Source: Spongospora subterranea f. sp. subterranea
Taxonomy: Eukaryota
Direction: 5' to 3'
NCBI GenBank assembly: GCA_049724395.1
Contig: JAUGWO010000082.1
Location: 186,001 to 250,000, forward strand
Length of the DNA stretch: 64,000 nt
Both the position numbers and the translations under genes were made by a program. Positions 1-11,985 of the stretch are shown piece by piece. Under the pieces are notes generated by a model. It had not been told where the DNA came from. It searched no databases and worked only from the letters and a program-made list of their open reading frames with translations. The first letter of the stretch is position 1. Every line of letters begins with the position of its first letter.

Positions 1-2380
1 GATGATGAAGAGGATGATACAAGCTTATCATGGGAAAACACGCTAGATAGGTCCGAATTATTGAATAAGCATTGCAAAAGATCGCTAGAACCCCCATTAG
101 AAGAGGTGTCAACTTTGACCTCGGCTTCTTTGATTCCGTGGAAGATATCAGCTGTTTCTAGCACTTCATCGTCGACATAAGAAAATAAGTCTTTCAGGTC
201 TGAATTGCTGAAAAATCGCTGCTGAGTTGGATCCTCTAAAACCTGGTTTGTAAGCAACTGCTTGAAAATTTGCCGATGATATACTTTCTCTTCAATGGTT
301 CCCCGGGTCACAAGACGTAAAACGGTAACGTCACGTGTTTGCCCAATACGATATGCTCTTTCCTGGGCTTGTTCGTCAGTTGCTGGATTCCAATCGGGAT
401 CGAATACTAATACGCCTGAATATCAACCATTGAGAAACATTTATCAAGCTATCAGCAAATGAGGTTGCATACGGTTTGCTCCGGTGAGATTAAGACCAAA
501 TCCGCCTGCCCTAGTGGTTAAAAGCAGAATGAAAATTTTCGGATTGCAATTGAATTCGTCAAAAATTGCCTGCCGCGACCTGACCGCCGTACTGCCGTCC
601 ACTCTTCGATACTCAAAATTATTTTCACGGACCATTGCTTCGATTATATCAAGACATTGACGTGTTTGGGAGAAAAAAAGAACTCGTTGCGACTCCAAAT
701 GCCAAATCTTGAGAATTTGCTCAGCAACTTTGAGCTTTCCTGATCGGGACACGGCGCCGTAGTTAGATGGGCGAGAAGAACTGTTTTCATGGACCATCAA
801 GAGATCCGGGTGATTGCATATCTTCCTTAATAACGATATTGTCTTGAAAAGCCGGAGATCATTCGCGTAGCGAACTATTGAAATAATCAGTTTCCGTTTA
901 AGCTAAGCAGAAAGACCGCCGGTTTTACATTGTTTGGGATTTGACGTGGCTAGAACGTCTTTGTAAGCCAATTTTTGATCTTCTGTCAAGGAACAGAAAA
1001 GGATTTGTTCAGACTTGCTTGGTAGGTTTTTCAAGACGTCCGATTTGAGACGGCGAAGAATGTGAGGTGTAATTGTGTCTCTGAGCAATACAGCACATCG
1101 ATAGGCTGCCTGAACTTGATCATGATTGGCATGAATATAGCCTCCCTTAATGATGGGTTCACAGAACTCTTCTTCAAAAACAGGTAGGGTTCCTAACCTT
1201 CCTGGAAATACAAAATCAAACAGAGACCACAACTCGCGTAGATGATTTTGAATTGGGGAACCAGATAAAATTATCCGATGCGGAGTTCGAACACGTTTAA
1301 CTAAAAGAGTGATCTGACAATTTGAAGTTAACAGGAATCAGTTCAACATAAGATTGATTACATACTGTAGCGTCTGGATTCCTTATCCTATGACCTTCAT
1401 CAAGGATAACATATCCCCATTTTTTGGATAGAATCTGTGCATGATGCTTCCGAAGACTCTCATATGTGGTGATCACAACATGTCCAGGTCCATGAGCGCA
1501 CGCCTTCTCAATAATGTCCTTGTTGGAACATTCGTGGTTGCCCGAATCATGTAAAAGCATAACACGAGCAGACGGCCACCACGCCCGGAATTCATAAAGC
1601 CATTGCCCCATAATACTTGCTGGACATAGTAAAAATGTGGGCCCGAGCCGAACAGAAGGTGTGTTGGCCACCGCTGCCAAAAATGATACTATTGTTATAG
1701 TCTTGCCCAATCCCATCGCATCGCCGATAATACCACCGACTGATTGTTGATGTAATTCCCACAGCCATTGTAGAGCAGTCTTTTGATAATCAAAGAGGCG
1801 ATCAAAAATCCTTCCGGGAACCGTCAAGCCACCTTCTAATACGGCGTTTGTAACGCTTGGCTCCTCGGCGTTCCCTTTCCTTACTTTGCTCAAACGCTGG
1901 TGAAATTCAAATTCATCCGCATCATCAACAACGCGACACGTTTTCCGTCGTTTTGCAGTTCTAGTGTCTTCCTCTGAGTCTGATGTGACATAATCTTCAT
2001 CTTTCTCTTTTATCGATATCGAGACTCGTTTAACCGATGCTGGAGCATGGTCATCGTGCGAAAACAGCGACTTTGATTTCACACGTTCGGAAGATATTCC
2101 CATTTTCCAGATCCGAAATTCTTCTGGCTAGCTCGGCCGCATCGCCTTGTTGTTTCCCCTTTTTGACCTTGCCTAACTCTTTCCTTAGCGCCTCGATCTG
2201 ATACTCTACACGCTTAGCCTCATATGCCGTTCGCTGCTCTTCAAGCACATGGCTTGCGTTCTGCTCTAGGTCCGCGGCGTTGTAAGCGTGGACCCCAAGC
2301 TGATGAAGAGCGTTCAGGGCGGTCCCCGAGAACGATTCATCGAGACGATCATGAAGTGGTTCGTTATTCGCAGAGGACAT
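1..2380 (-). CDS. ERCC6: SNF2-family helicase ERCC6/CSB/RAD26 (multi-exon; 3' end runs off the left edge)
   Basis: Motifs [125 protein letters not shown] introns join the ORF pieces, except for an apparent +1 frameshift near 2100. Confidence 0.93.
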
Positions 2381-2423
2381 CACTTATCAACGGCGAGTGG
2401 TTGCAGTGACACCCCACCCTGTG

Positions 2424-2567
2424 GTGTTGTATCGTGGTGTCTGTGCAGCCCTAGTGTCGTATCGTGATGTCTGTGCAACCACCTAGTGTTGTATCGTGAT
2501 GTCTGTGCAGCACCCTAGTGTTGTATCGTGATGTCTGTGCAGCACTAGTGTTGTATCGTGATGTCTG
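2424..2567. repeat. Minisatellite, 5 copies of a ~30-32 bp unit CTAGTGTTGTATCGTGATGTCTGTGCAGC(N1-3)
   Basis: Units start at 2424 (partial), 2451, 2483, 2515 and 2545. Confidence 0.95.
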
Positions 2568-2812
2568 AGTATTACACCGCACATGCGCAGCGGCCCATTT
2601 TGTTTGGCCGGACCAGGTACTCGATCCTGCCTGGCGCAAATCATTCGGACCAGCTGATTCTCTATTACGTTCGACCAAGTTTCTGAATTTTTGCGTGAAA
2701 CCAATGAGGCGTTTGTTCTTTGCCGTAAAAATAAATTCTGCTCACTAGCGCCTTCATATATCAGATATCAATGAGCGTGTTAGACAAAAATCATATCGGT
2801 TTATCGAGAAAG

Positions 2813-5800
2813 TTACGCTTCTGCCGGCCGCGCTGGAGGCTTCAACATAAGAACAAACGTTGTTGCAGTAGGTTTGACCATTGATACATCTTGAGGGGTA
2901 ATCAGAATAAACTGCCGATTTCTATACTTCCGTGCCAGTTCTTGAAGAAGGTCAATGGCGATGCGACGATTGACATTGTCCATGAAAATGTCGAACTCGT
3001 CGAGGGCCTGAAACTCGCAAATTATTAAAATGTATCTGACACGTAAAGATACCGATACCCTGAACGGTGTTCGAATCGATTCACCAATTGCAACAACAAA
3101 CGCTAACGTCGTAAAAGAACGCTCGCCTCCTGACAGAGCCTGACAAACCACATCGACGAGCTTGAGACATGATAACATGCAACAACTTGGGATAGTCCTT
3201 TGTGTCAGTCGTCATATCGGCTTCGCAAAGATTATTCGCCATTTTCACGAACATATTCAAAGTCCCCGCTTTATGGTCGAACTTGATGTAGCCTTCGTGA
3301 CCTTTCTGTGACATATTGAATGCAAAATCGAAACTAGCTTGTTTGGAGATTCTCTTTTTGAACGTCTCCCAATCAACAATCCGAGAATTTTTCTTTCTGG
3401 TTATCTTTTTCAAGTCTCTCGCACCCTGCTCGATCTGATACTGCGCCGAAGTAAACCTCTCCCTAGCCTTAAGGTACGCATCTGTAATTTCTTCTAATGA
3501 GCCATGATTCAGGGAGGCTGTATCAGCAGCCATTTTGGCTTCCAGCTTATCAATCTCTTTCTTAATGTCCCGGAAATCTCTGCTGGTTTCAACGATCTTA
3601 TTTCCAGATTCAGCAAGAGCTTGTGATCTAAGAGCATTTAGGTCTTTACTCAGAGCGACACGCTTGGATTCCTCAATTCCATGTTGTCGCAGAATACCAA
3701 TATTTCTTCTCGATATTTCGTCAATCTGAAGTTGAACTTCGCTCACGCGCTGCAATGCCAAACTAACCTCCTCTGTCAATAACTCTAAATTTTTTCCCGC
3801 TGTGCTTGCCAGCTCATTGAACTCTTGAACAGCATTTAGCTGGAGCTTGTGTCAGCATAACGAGGACCGCCCGCGTATGGTTTACTTACCTTCTCTTGCT
3901 GTGTGTCTTCCGCTTTTTTCAGATTATCGAAAGCATTAGCCTTTGGAAGATTTAAATTGAACAATGTTATTCCCGAGCACCACTATTCACCTACTTGATC
4001 ATTTTGCGCGTCAAGAATTATTTGATCACATTTTTCGATCTTTTCCATGATTTCCCTGACGAAATCGTCTGTATGGTTCTCATTGTAAGAATTCTGTCTT
4101 TCTATACTAGTTATCTCCGATTTCGTGATCTCCAGTTTCGCATTCATAGCCTGTCTGAGAGGGTTAAAAACCATGAACAAGCTGAATAAACCGCCGCACC
4201 TGCATGTCCCGCCTGAGCGTCCGAACTGCATTTTCCGAATCGCTGAGCAGTTTTTGCAATGAGGTATGAGTTACATTCAGCTGTTTCAGCTCATTGTTAA
4301 TGTGTTGGATTTCACGTGCGACATCATCTATGAGCATTTTCCGCTGGTTAACAAACCAAGTATTGCTCAATTGCCAAGCTGATTACCAATCTGATCTTGA
4401 GTAATGCTCTCTAAAATGGACGTAGAAGAGCCGCCGGGACCAGATTGATTATCTAACGCTCCATGCTTTATCAAAATTCGGTCACCGTTTCTATAAAAAA
4501 AAGTTGAAATTTTACGTATTAGCTGCAAGGACGAAAATCTTAACGGTAAAACAACGAGTGGCGTCATGACTTTGGACCCACTTATTCTCCGAAGAAGATC
4601 ACGCGCTTCATCAGCCTATTGTACGATGTCAGTTGCACACACATTGCCTGTTTATAAACAATACGCGTTTCATAAGAACAGTATTCTCTATTTTCGCTTT
4701 GTCAATCAAAGCATTGAAGCACCACGGATCGTCTATAGAAATGGCATCCATAACACGAGTGAGGCGATCAAGATGAGAATTAAATGGAATGTTATATCTA
4801 CAAGTCACATATCTCAGACCAAAAAACTAAAATTTATCTGATTCCCTACTTTGATGATGACTTTTGCAGAACAATGATATACGGGCTCTGTTGCCGACCC
4901 CCCAGCACTTTGTTGAAAATACCGGAAAGGACTTTCATATCGTCGAAAGAATCAACAATGAATCCCCCTACATCACTTATTAGATACAGAAACGCGGGTA
5001 AATTCGAACCTGGTTTCATACCAAGCAGGCGCTTTCCAATAGCAAACTGGACCCCGGACGCATGCTGCTTATCTAAAAGCGTGACATAGCTGCCGACTGG
5101 TCCAAGAGGAGGAACCCGAAACCTATTGGATTGTCTTTGAACTTCATTACATATGTCTAACATTCTATGCAAATCTTTTCGGTTATTTTGGAAAACTTAG
5201 AATGGAACAATGATGCTGCTGAACCTGTTCCCAAACTGAGCCAATCTGTTAGATGCTGCGTCTCTAAAACCATTTTCTCTGCGTTTCGCGTCATCCAATC
5301 GTTGCTGAGTACTGGAAACGGAATCCTTCGGAAAAATCAGTGCAGCAAAAAAAATAAGAAACATCGTACTTTGTGTTTCTGACACATTTCTCGATTGGTA
5401 CTCGCCTCCGACATAACATTTCCCATCCTGGATTTGATTTGATCAACCTCATTCTCTTCATTAGCTATTCAAACAGATGATCGGTAAAATTAAACTCATA
5501 CACTACGCTACAGACACTGTCGCAGTTGAAGTTGTTTCAGCTGCTCAAAACGGGCAGCATCTTCCTCAGCACGGTCTCTATTACGCTGTCAAGTCCAGAT
5601 GTGTGAGCACTTGTGTCGAACAACCGATTTTATAAAACAAATTACCTCAGCTTCAAGCTGTACAAGCTGTTTTTGCAGATCTGCTTTTCGATTTTGCCCA
5701 TTCGATTCATTTCTACGATGCTCTTGAAGCTGCGTTTGATACCGCATAATCGCCTTTCTAGCTGTTTGTAGCTCGCCTTGCAACCTAAATCCAAGTATCG

Positions 5801-7315
5801 TTCAAGCACCTTCGTAATAAGCTGACTGAGATCTTACAAATTTCGATTATTAGTGTCGTTTTGAAGAGCGCTTTGTTCTACTTGCAATTTCTCTTTCGAT
5901 GCATTATGAACGGCCAGAGCTTGTAATTTTTCAGAATTCAACTCAATCTAGCCTCTCTTGATTTTCTACAAGCTTAGCAGAATACTCGGCTGACTTGGAT
6001 GTTTGGTCGACTAAGTCACTGGAATAATCACGAACTTTACTCCATAAAGCCTGATAGACAGCAGAATTTAGTAAAACCAACACCTAATCAATATTTTACC
6101 TCTATCCGAAGAGCATCGATTTGCTGTTCAATAGTAGCTAGATTTTTCGTGTTTTCATATATGTTTTCCTTTTCAAGAAAGTCTTCTTCAATCAGCTCAA
6201 GCTGTTTTTTGGCTTCCTCTAGATGGAAACTGGCTTTCTCTGTTACACAATTTTGATAGTACGATTAGCATCCAAATTTGTTGCGCACCTTCATCCTTAA
6301 CGATTTGCCCAATGACGTCACCCATCTGTTGCAGCTGGGTCGCTCTAAGAAAAAACTCATACTTCGAGTTATTCTTGTTCGACTTTGAGTGGATCTTAGA
6401 TTGATATTCAGGAAATCATGAATTCAGCATTACCAACAAAAACTCTTTCGTAGTGTCTTGATTCATAACCACGCATGGGTTTTCAACTTGAATATTGAAG
6501 TGGTCTAAAATATCTTGAAGATCCTTTTTAGTTTTCCCCATGACGTCCCCTGATTCCGAAGTCAACAAACAAGGCTCGAATCCAATCTTCCAAGCCCAAA
6601 CCATTATGGTTCAATATTTTATAGCCATTTCTGGAACCCGACATAGATATTTCCCGCCGGATAGTAATGGACTTTCCAAATTTCATGGCGCATGCACTAT
6701 GTTTCTGAAGAAAACCCATCAAAACTGGGAGGCATTCACGTTACGGCGAACAATACTTTAGGCTCAAATGCGTCTGGTCCTTCATTTTTTAGAGTAAGAT
6801 CAATTTGTGCCCAATCCTGACCGACTCGGACCAAATCTTTCAAAGATGCCCCCCGATTTGTATCTGACGCTTTGACTCCAAGGCACGTTGATATCGCGAC
6901 TAGAATTGCGCTTTTTCCCGAACCGTTTTCCCTGACGATGATCATAAGACACGGCTTTGGGGATGCTGCGAAAGCACATTACCCGTGAATGAAGTTGACG
7001 TGAGGAGACAAATTGACTTCAAGGTTCTAACGATGAAATATTAGCGTTGAACAAAGTCAGGTATGAGCACCCAACCTCATGGCACATAAAGTTAACCAGC
7101 TTAATTTTGGTGATGACACCAGATTCGGCATATTTCGAGCGAGCCACTTGGTTTATCTCGCTGTTGGGATCTCGGAGGCCATCTAAAGTCAATACACACG
7201 GTCGGCTGATTGGACCCAGCGCATCTGGATGCTCCTAACCGTTATCATCAGCGCTATCCTCTTGCGGTGTCTCCTGGCGCTCATCATCCTCGCTGAGTTC
7301 GGCCCTATCGTCCAT
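2813..7315 (-). CDS. SMC6: Structural maintenance of chromosomes protein 6 (multi-exon)
   Basis: N-terminal KIKLVNFMCH; Walker A (G)ENGSGKSAILVAI; ILDHFNIQVENPCVVMNQD; hinge PPLGPVGSYV; coiled coils; signature LSGGERSFTTLAF; Walker B ALDEFDIFMDNVNRRIAIDLL; QFILITPQD. Start codon approximate. Confidence 0.93.
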
Positions 7316-8066
7316 CTGTCCTAGACCATATCAGTTCAATTGCACTATGAGCGGGTGGGATGACCAACGCACTGCGTATCGTTGTAGGGCTGCAGGTGAA
7401 TCCCCGTCAGGCCCTCTCAGATCCCGTTCACTTCACGCTACACTCTCTTGCAGTTGTAGAGCCCCGATGTGAGTGTCGTTTACGTGACTACGGTATCGTT
7501 GTCAGGTGACGGAGTTTTGTAACAAGTCGCATCGTTACTCTGCGATTCCATTTTCATTATCATTCCATGTGCGACACCAACACGTTCGCGGTATCGGGCA
7601 AGGAATGGGATCTTGTGCCCGACATATGATGGACGGGGCGGCGCCGACATAGTCTGGGATGGACACAATACCACCAGCGGTGGGAGGTTTATCGGCACGG
7701 GGCTGTCGAAAAACGGATCTGTACGATACAGGGAACCCCACAGGAATGTGCAGCAGCACCTTAATACAGTATGCAATAGCGGCGATGGCAGGGAATACGC
7801 AATTCCCTCCGGATACAACACCGTTTTATCCATATATTGTTCATCTGGCTACCGTAGATACGGCTTTAATTATTGCGAACCAACGTTGACCCTGGCATTT
7901 ATCGAGAGCGTATCAACCAACTTGACTCCATCTAAGTCAATTTGACCCATTCACATAAAACTGTCATGATGTGCAACAGGTAACAAACCACATTGAAAAT
8001 GTGCTGAGAAAACAGAACCTCCACCCAGTGAATTGATGATACGACCAGATGGCGGTAATATATTAA

Positions 8067-9680
8067 TTAAAGTTCCTGCTGGCCCTCGTTTCGCTGGGAA
8101 TTTGCCCGCACGTAGACGTCATTGGCGAACTTAATTACGGAATCGGTATTGACATATTTCGGTGCCGCATCCAGCGCCTTGTTTATCATCATATTGCCAT
8201 AGCACGACGCGGTCTGTTGCACCAGCCCAACGCACCACCGGAACGCGCCTGCCGCCCATGAAACCATGATCGGCCCGTACTGGGCCAGCGTTGCCAGGAC
8301 CCACTGTACTGGGTACGATGAGTAAACCCAGGCGGCCGTGTCGTACAGCGACAACGCGGTCGACGCCCAGATATTGCCATCGTCGGCGGCCTTCTTGATC
8401 GCAGCCCTCAAATCTGCAACTATCACGTCGTATGTGGCGAACAAAACAGTGAATATGACAGAGAACATCGCCCCCTCAGTACGAAGCGCCAGGTTTGTCG
8501 GGTGTTGGAAGGGACCTTAGAGAAGTGTATGAGATGAACCCGATTCGACGCGGATTTGTTTATTCCGAAACCCCCTGAGATGATGAGTCAACATTCTCCG
8601 GTAAAATCCATTTCTTTTGGGTATCTTGGGACCGTCCGGCATTTGCATCTGGGGGGGATTTCGCCATACTGGGTGAACCTGGCTCGGGTTGAATACGATT
8701 GGACCAATGGTGATTTCCTCCATTCTCTACTGTGGTCTGATGGGGCAGATCCACTCTCATCTGCTGTCTTCTGTTCATGTTGATTTAGCCAATCGGTGAA
8801 CCTAATACATCTTCAGCCTTCATTCTTGTCGTAATTTACGAGCAGAAAAAGATCGAATGACCTTCTTTGCGCCTGTTCAGATCTCATTTCGCGTTTCCTC
8901 TCTTCTTCTAGGTGTTCACGCCGTTCTTGCATTCGCTTTTGACGAGCAGTTTCATCTGCTCGATTGCACCAGGACCGCCAACCTTCTTCAATCACGATCG
9001 GGTCCCGATGCGATTTTGGCGTTCTCCTGGCCCAAACGGTGTTTCAATCAGTTACGAGAAAAACCGGGTCATATGGAGGAGATGATCCTCGGTGCCTTGT
9101 TTACTTTGTCGATGGCGACGAATATGGTGTAGGTAATCGGGATATGCGTTGGGCGATGGTTTCGATCTTGACGGCGGGCTCGGCCATAGAATTCCACTGC
9201 CGAACCTCCATCTCGATCGCCATCGCTAATCTCCTCAGCCATAGCTTGTGCCTATCGAGCCTGATCCATTTCCCCAACGCCGCCTGGTTTCGAGCCTTTC
9301 TCTATCGCAACGCCGTCAGAAACCGAGAAAGGATCGTGACCTGGGGTTGGACAGAACCTCTGTTTTATTTTGGAGATCAGATTCTTCCTGGCGCCTTCGA
9401 TCTGCCATCTGTTGTCCCATCTCAATTCTGGCGAGAATGCGATGGCGCCAGGAACGTTACCTGGCTGATGACGCGACGGCGGTTTCGTTGGCGATGGGAT
9501 CTCGCCTATTTGCGCAACTGGTGAGAATCTAATGGCGGGCCCAGAGCAGGGCACTGACCCGGTCGATGATCACGGCAGGGTTCAGCACTCGTGGGCTCGT
9601 ACCCGCCCCGGATACGGTCCCTGATCGTCGTTGAGATGATTGCTGTAACCACGCACCGAACGTGATAAACCGTCGAATCA
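8067..9680 (-). CDS. Hypothetical multi-exon protein (charged coiled-coil middle, hydrophobic C-terminal exon)
   Basis: Open exons can be joined through GT-AG sites (RKARNQAALGKWIRLDRHKLWLRR; RQKRMQERREHLEEERKRE; last exon 8067-8516). No recognisable domain; 5' end uncertain. Confidence 0.45.
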
Positions 9681-10309
9681 TTGCGTCGGGACGCGTGTAA
9701 GCTCTGTTTTTGGGAGAAAAACATTCAGCGTGTTCGTATTTTTCAGGGCGATAAACATTCCGGTCAATTCGCATGATCGACCTCGACGATATGTCGTTGG
9801 TTTACGGTACGCTCCAACGATCATCTGAACAACAGTTAACGGTTACGCTAATGGAAATCGCTCACGAAGCAAACAGGAGTTGACAGCAACAACACAAATA
9901 CGAACCAGTATCGGCGGTTTTCGATCACCAATCCCACGCCGTTCCGTTCAAAAGAACCAGATCACCGACGGTTGAAATACCAGGTTTAGTGATAATGGGC
10001 AATTAATGTAATCTGGTTGGGTGGGAACAGGAAAGGATCGTGGGGTGATGGCGGGGGCGCCTCTGGCGATACGATTGGATGGGTGTCAGTGGACAAATGG
10101 TGATCGAGGGGTGCTAATCCGCTGATGGGCGATTCGGTGAACACACAACATTGAACAAGAGGGTGATTGGGGTAGGTCGATTGGTTCCTTGGCACGATGA
10201 GAACACCTGAACGCCGTTCCCCACCAATCACCACATCTCGTTCCTAATCACGACGATAACAACGTCGTTGCGGATATGTTCTGAATGTATTAAAGGTGAT
10301 GGTTCTGGT

Positions 10310-11317
10310 CTATGCCGCTTCCATTGCGGGCGATCGGCGGCGCAACGCCCTGAACGGTAATCTGGCGATACCGGCGTGATGATCCGACAGATCCAGCAGA
10401 TCCCCCTCCGAACCCGTATATCGCACGTGCTCGATCTGGAACGTGATGGGCGGCGGTTGGGTGGATCGCTCGGGCAGCTCAATCGGCACGACATAATCCA
10501 GCTGGGCGTGAAGATCGGGATTGGTGTCATCCTTCCTAAATGATGGGAACAATCGCTGCAGATAATTGTTCGTTTCAACGTTCATCGAGTGATCCACGAG
10601 GGCGTCGCTGTCGTCCGTACATCCACGATAATCGAATACGGGACGCTGGGCACCGACGATGGCGAACGCCTTCTCCACCTTGCTCCATTGGAACGACGTC
10701 TTCGTGGCTTGATCCAGCCCATCCAGGTTCAGATCGCCCATCAATATCAGCGAATCCAGCGAATCCGCCACGACATTCTCGTGAATATATTGCTGGATCT
10801 CCCGGAGCTGTTGATCCCTAACATGTTGGGACGCCGCCTTCACCGACCGGCCCGATAACGACGCGCTCCACGAATCGTCGGCCTGGAGATGGGTGGCGAT
10901 AATCCCGATCTTGTACGAGTCGCTCCCGTTCCGCACGATCGTGTCGACGTAGATGAACCCTTTGTTGGACAAGCGGTCCGACCCGCTACTTGTCGAGAAA
11001 CTCTGGAAATGATGATTGGACAGCTCCGTTCTGGACATGATGGCGATACCGGCGCTGACTGGTGTTCGCCATCTCTTTGGCGTCTTCGGTGTGATGAAAT
11101 ATCCCAGCTCGTCCGCTGTTTTCGCCAGCATTTTCCAGCTGGTGCGGGAGAACGCCTCCTGGAACGCTAGAATATCGAGACGGTTGCGGGCGATCTTGTC
11201 CTTGAGAACGGTCGGCAAGGCGGCGATACGGGGGGCCGGGTCCAGATACACGAACCAGTTGAGCGGAGTCGGGAACAACTGTGTATTGTATGTCATGAAG
11301 TTGATGGAGCGCCTCAT
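10310..11317 (-). CDS. Neutral sphingomyelinase C-like EEP-family phosphodiesterase, paralog A (intronless core, no obvious signal peptide)
   Basis: EEP motifs MTYN, LAFQEAF, DRLSNKGFIY, ATHLQA, LMGDLN, LDYV, LSDH. First in-frame ATG at 11317 (MRRSINF). Confidence 0.88.
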   Translation of the reverse strand: MRRSINFMTYNTQLFPTPLNWFVYLDPAPRIAALPTVLKDKIARNRLDILAFQEAFSRTSWKMLAKTADELGYFITPKTPKRWRTPVSAGIAIMSRTELSNHHFQSFSTSSGSDRLSNKGFIYVDTIVRNGSDSYKIGIIATHLQADDSWSASLSGRSVKAASQHVRDQQLREIQQYIHENVVADSLDSLILMGDLNLDGLDQATKTSFQWSKVEKAFAIVGAQRPVFDYRGCTDDSDALVDHSMNVETNNYLQRLFPSFRKDDTNPDLHAQLDYVVPIELPERSTQPPPITFQIEHVRYTGSEGDLLDLSDHHAGIARLPFRALRRRSPAMEAA

Positions 11318-11418
11318 CTGTTGCGATTGTTTGGGGAATCGGCGTGTCGATAAATTACACACCAGTGACGGTGCCGAACAGGTTTTGGAAATGGCGCGAG
11401 TTCATCAGCACTGTTGGC

Positions 11419-11448
11419 GATGATGATGATGGTGATGATGATGATGAT
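11419..11448. repeat. (GAT)n microsatellite
   Basis: gatgatgatgatggtgatgatgatgatgat. Confidence 0.9.
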
Positions 11449-11985
11449 CGGGTCAATAACGATTATTCGCTAATATTAATCCCATGGCGACATTTTTTGT
11501 ACATCAACCGATGTCCAAATGGGAGTTCATTTCGATAATAAGTCTGGGGGTGACGCCGCCCTTCTGGCACCCATTTAACCTCGTCTGGCGCAACAGTGTT
11601 TATCTCTTGCCGACGGGTCAATCTCGACATGGCGCCACACCACATTGGCTGCGAGTACCCATCAGCACGACCAAGATGACGGTATTGGCCCTGTTGAACA
11701 AGCGAACCGAATTCGTATAAATGACGCTAATCGCCGTATACAACAAGATGCTAAAACACTCCTTACAGAAATATCGATAATCGAACCCGAAACGGGCTCC
11801 ACTTTACTAATCCCTCGATTGTTTCCCCATTTTGTGTCAAATCTAATGGGGTCAGATCACTGAAATATCAACGACACTGGTTCAAGAGTGTGATCAACAT
11901 TGGTTGATTATGTGGAACAGATCGAACCTGACGAATGGTGAGGGCAATACGGGGGGGGATTACCGTCTTAAAACGGATCTAACGT

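Noticed and set aside
2424..2567. CRISPR-like array
   Set aside because: Units are separated by only 1-3 variable bases, with no unique spacers and no cas genes, in a eukaryotic context; it is a minisatellite.
1..7315. ERCC6-SMC6 adjacency as a DNA-repair gene cluster
   Set aside because: Two neighbouring genes in a compact genome is compatible with chance; no synteny data are available.
7480..7945. Overlapping short ORFs on both strands
   Set aside because: No recognisable domain or consistent exon structure; could not choose a frame.
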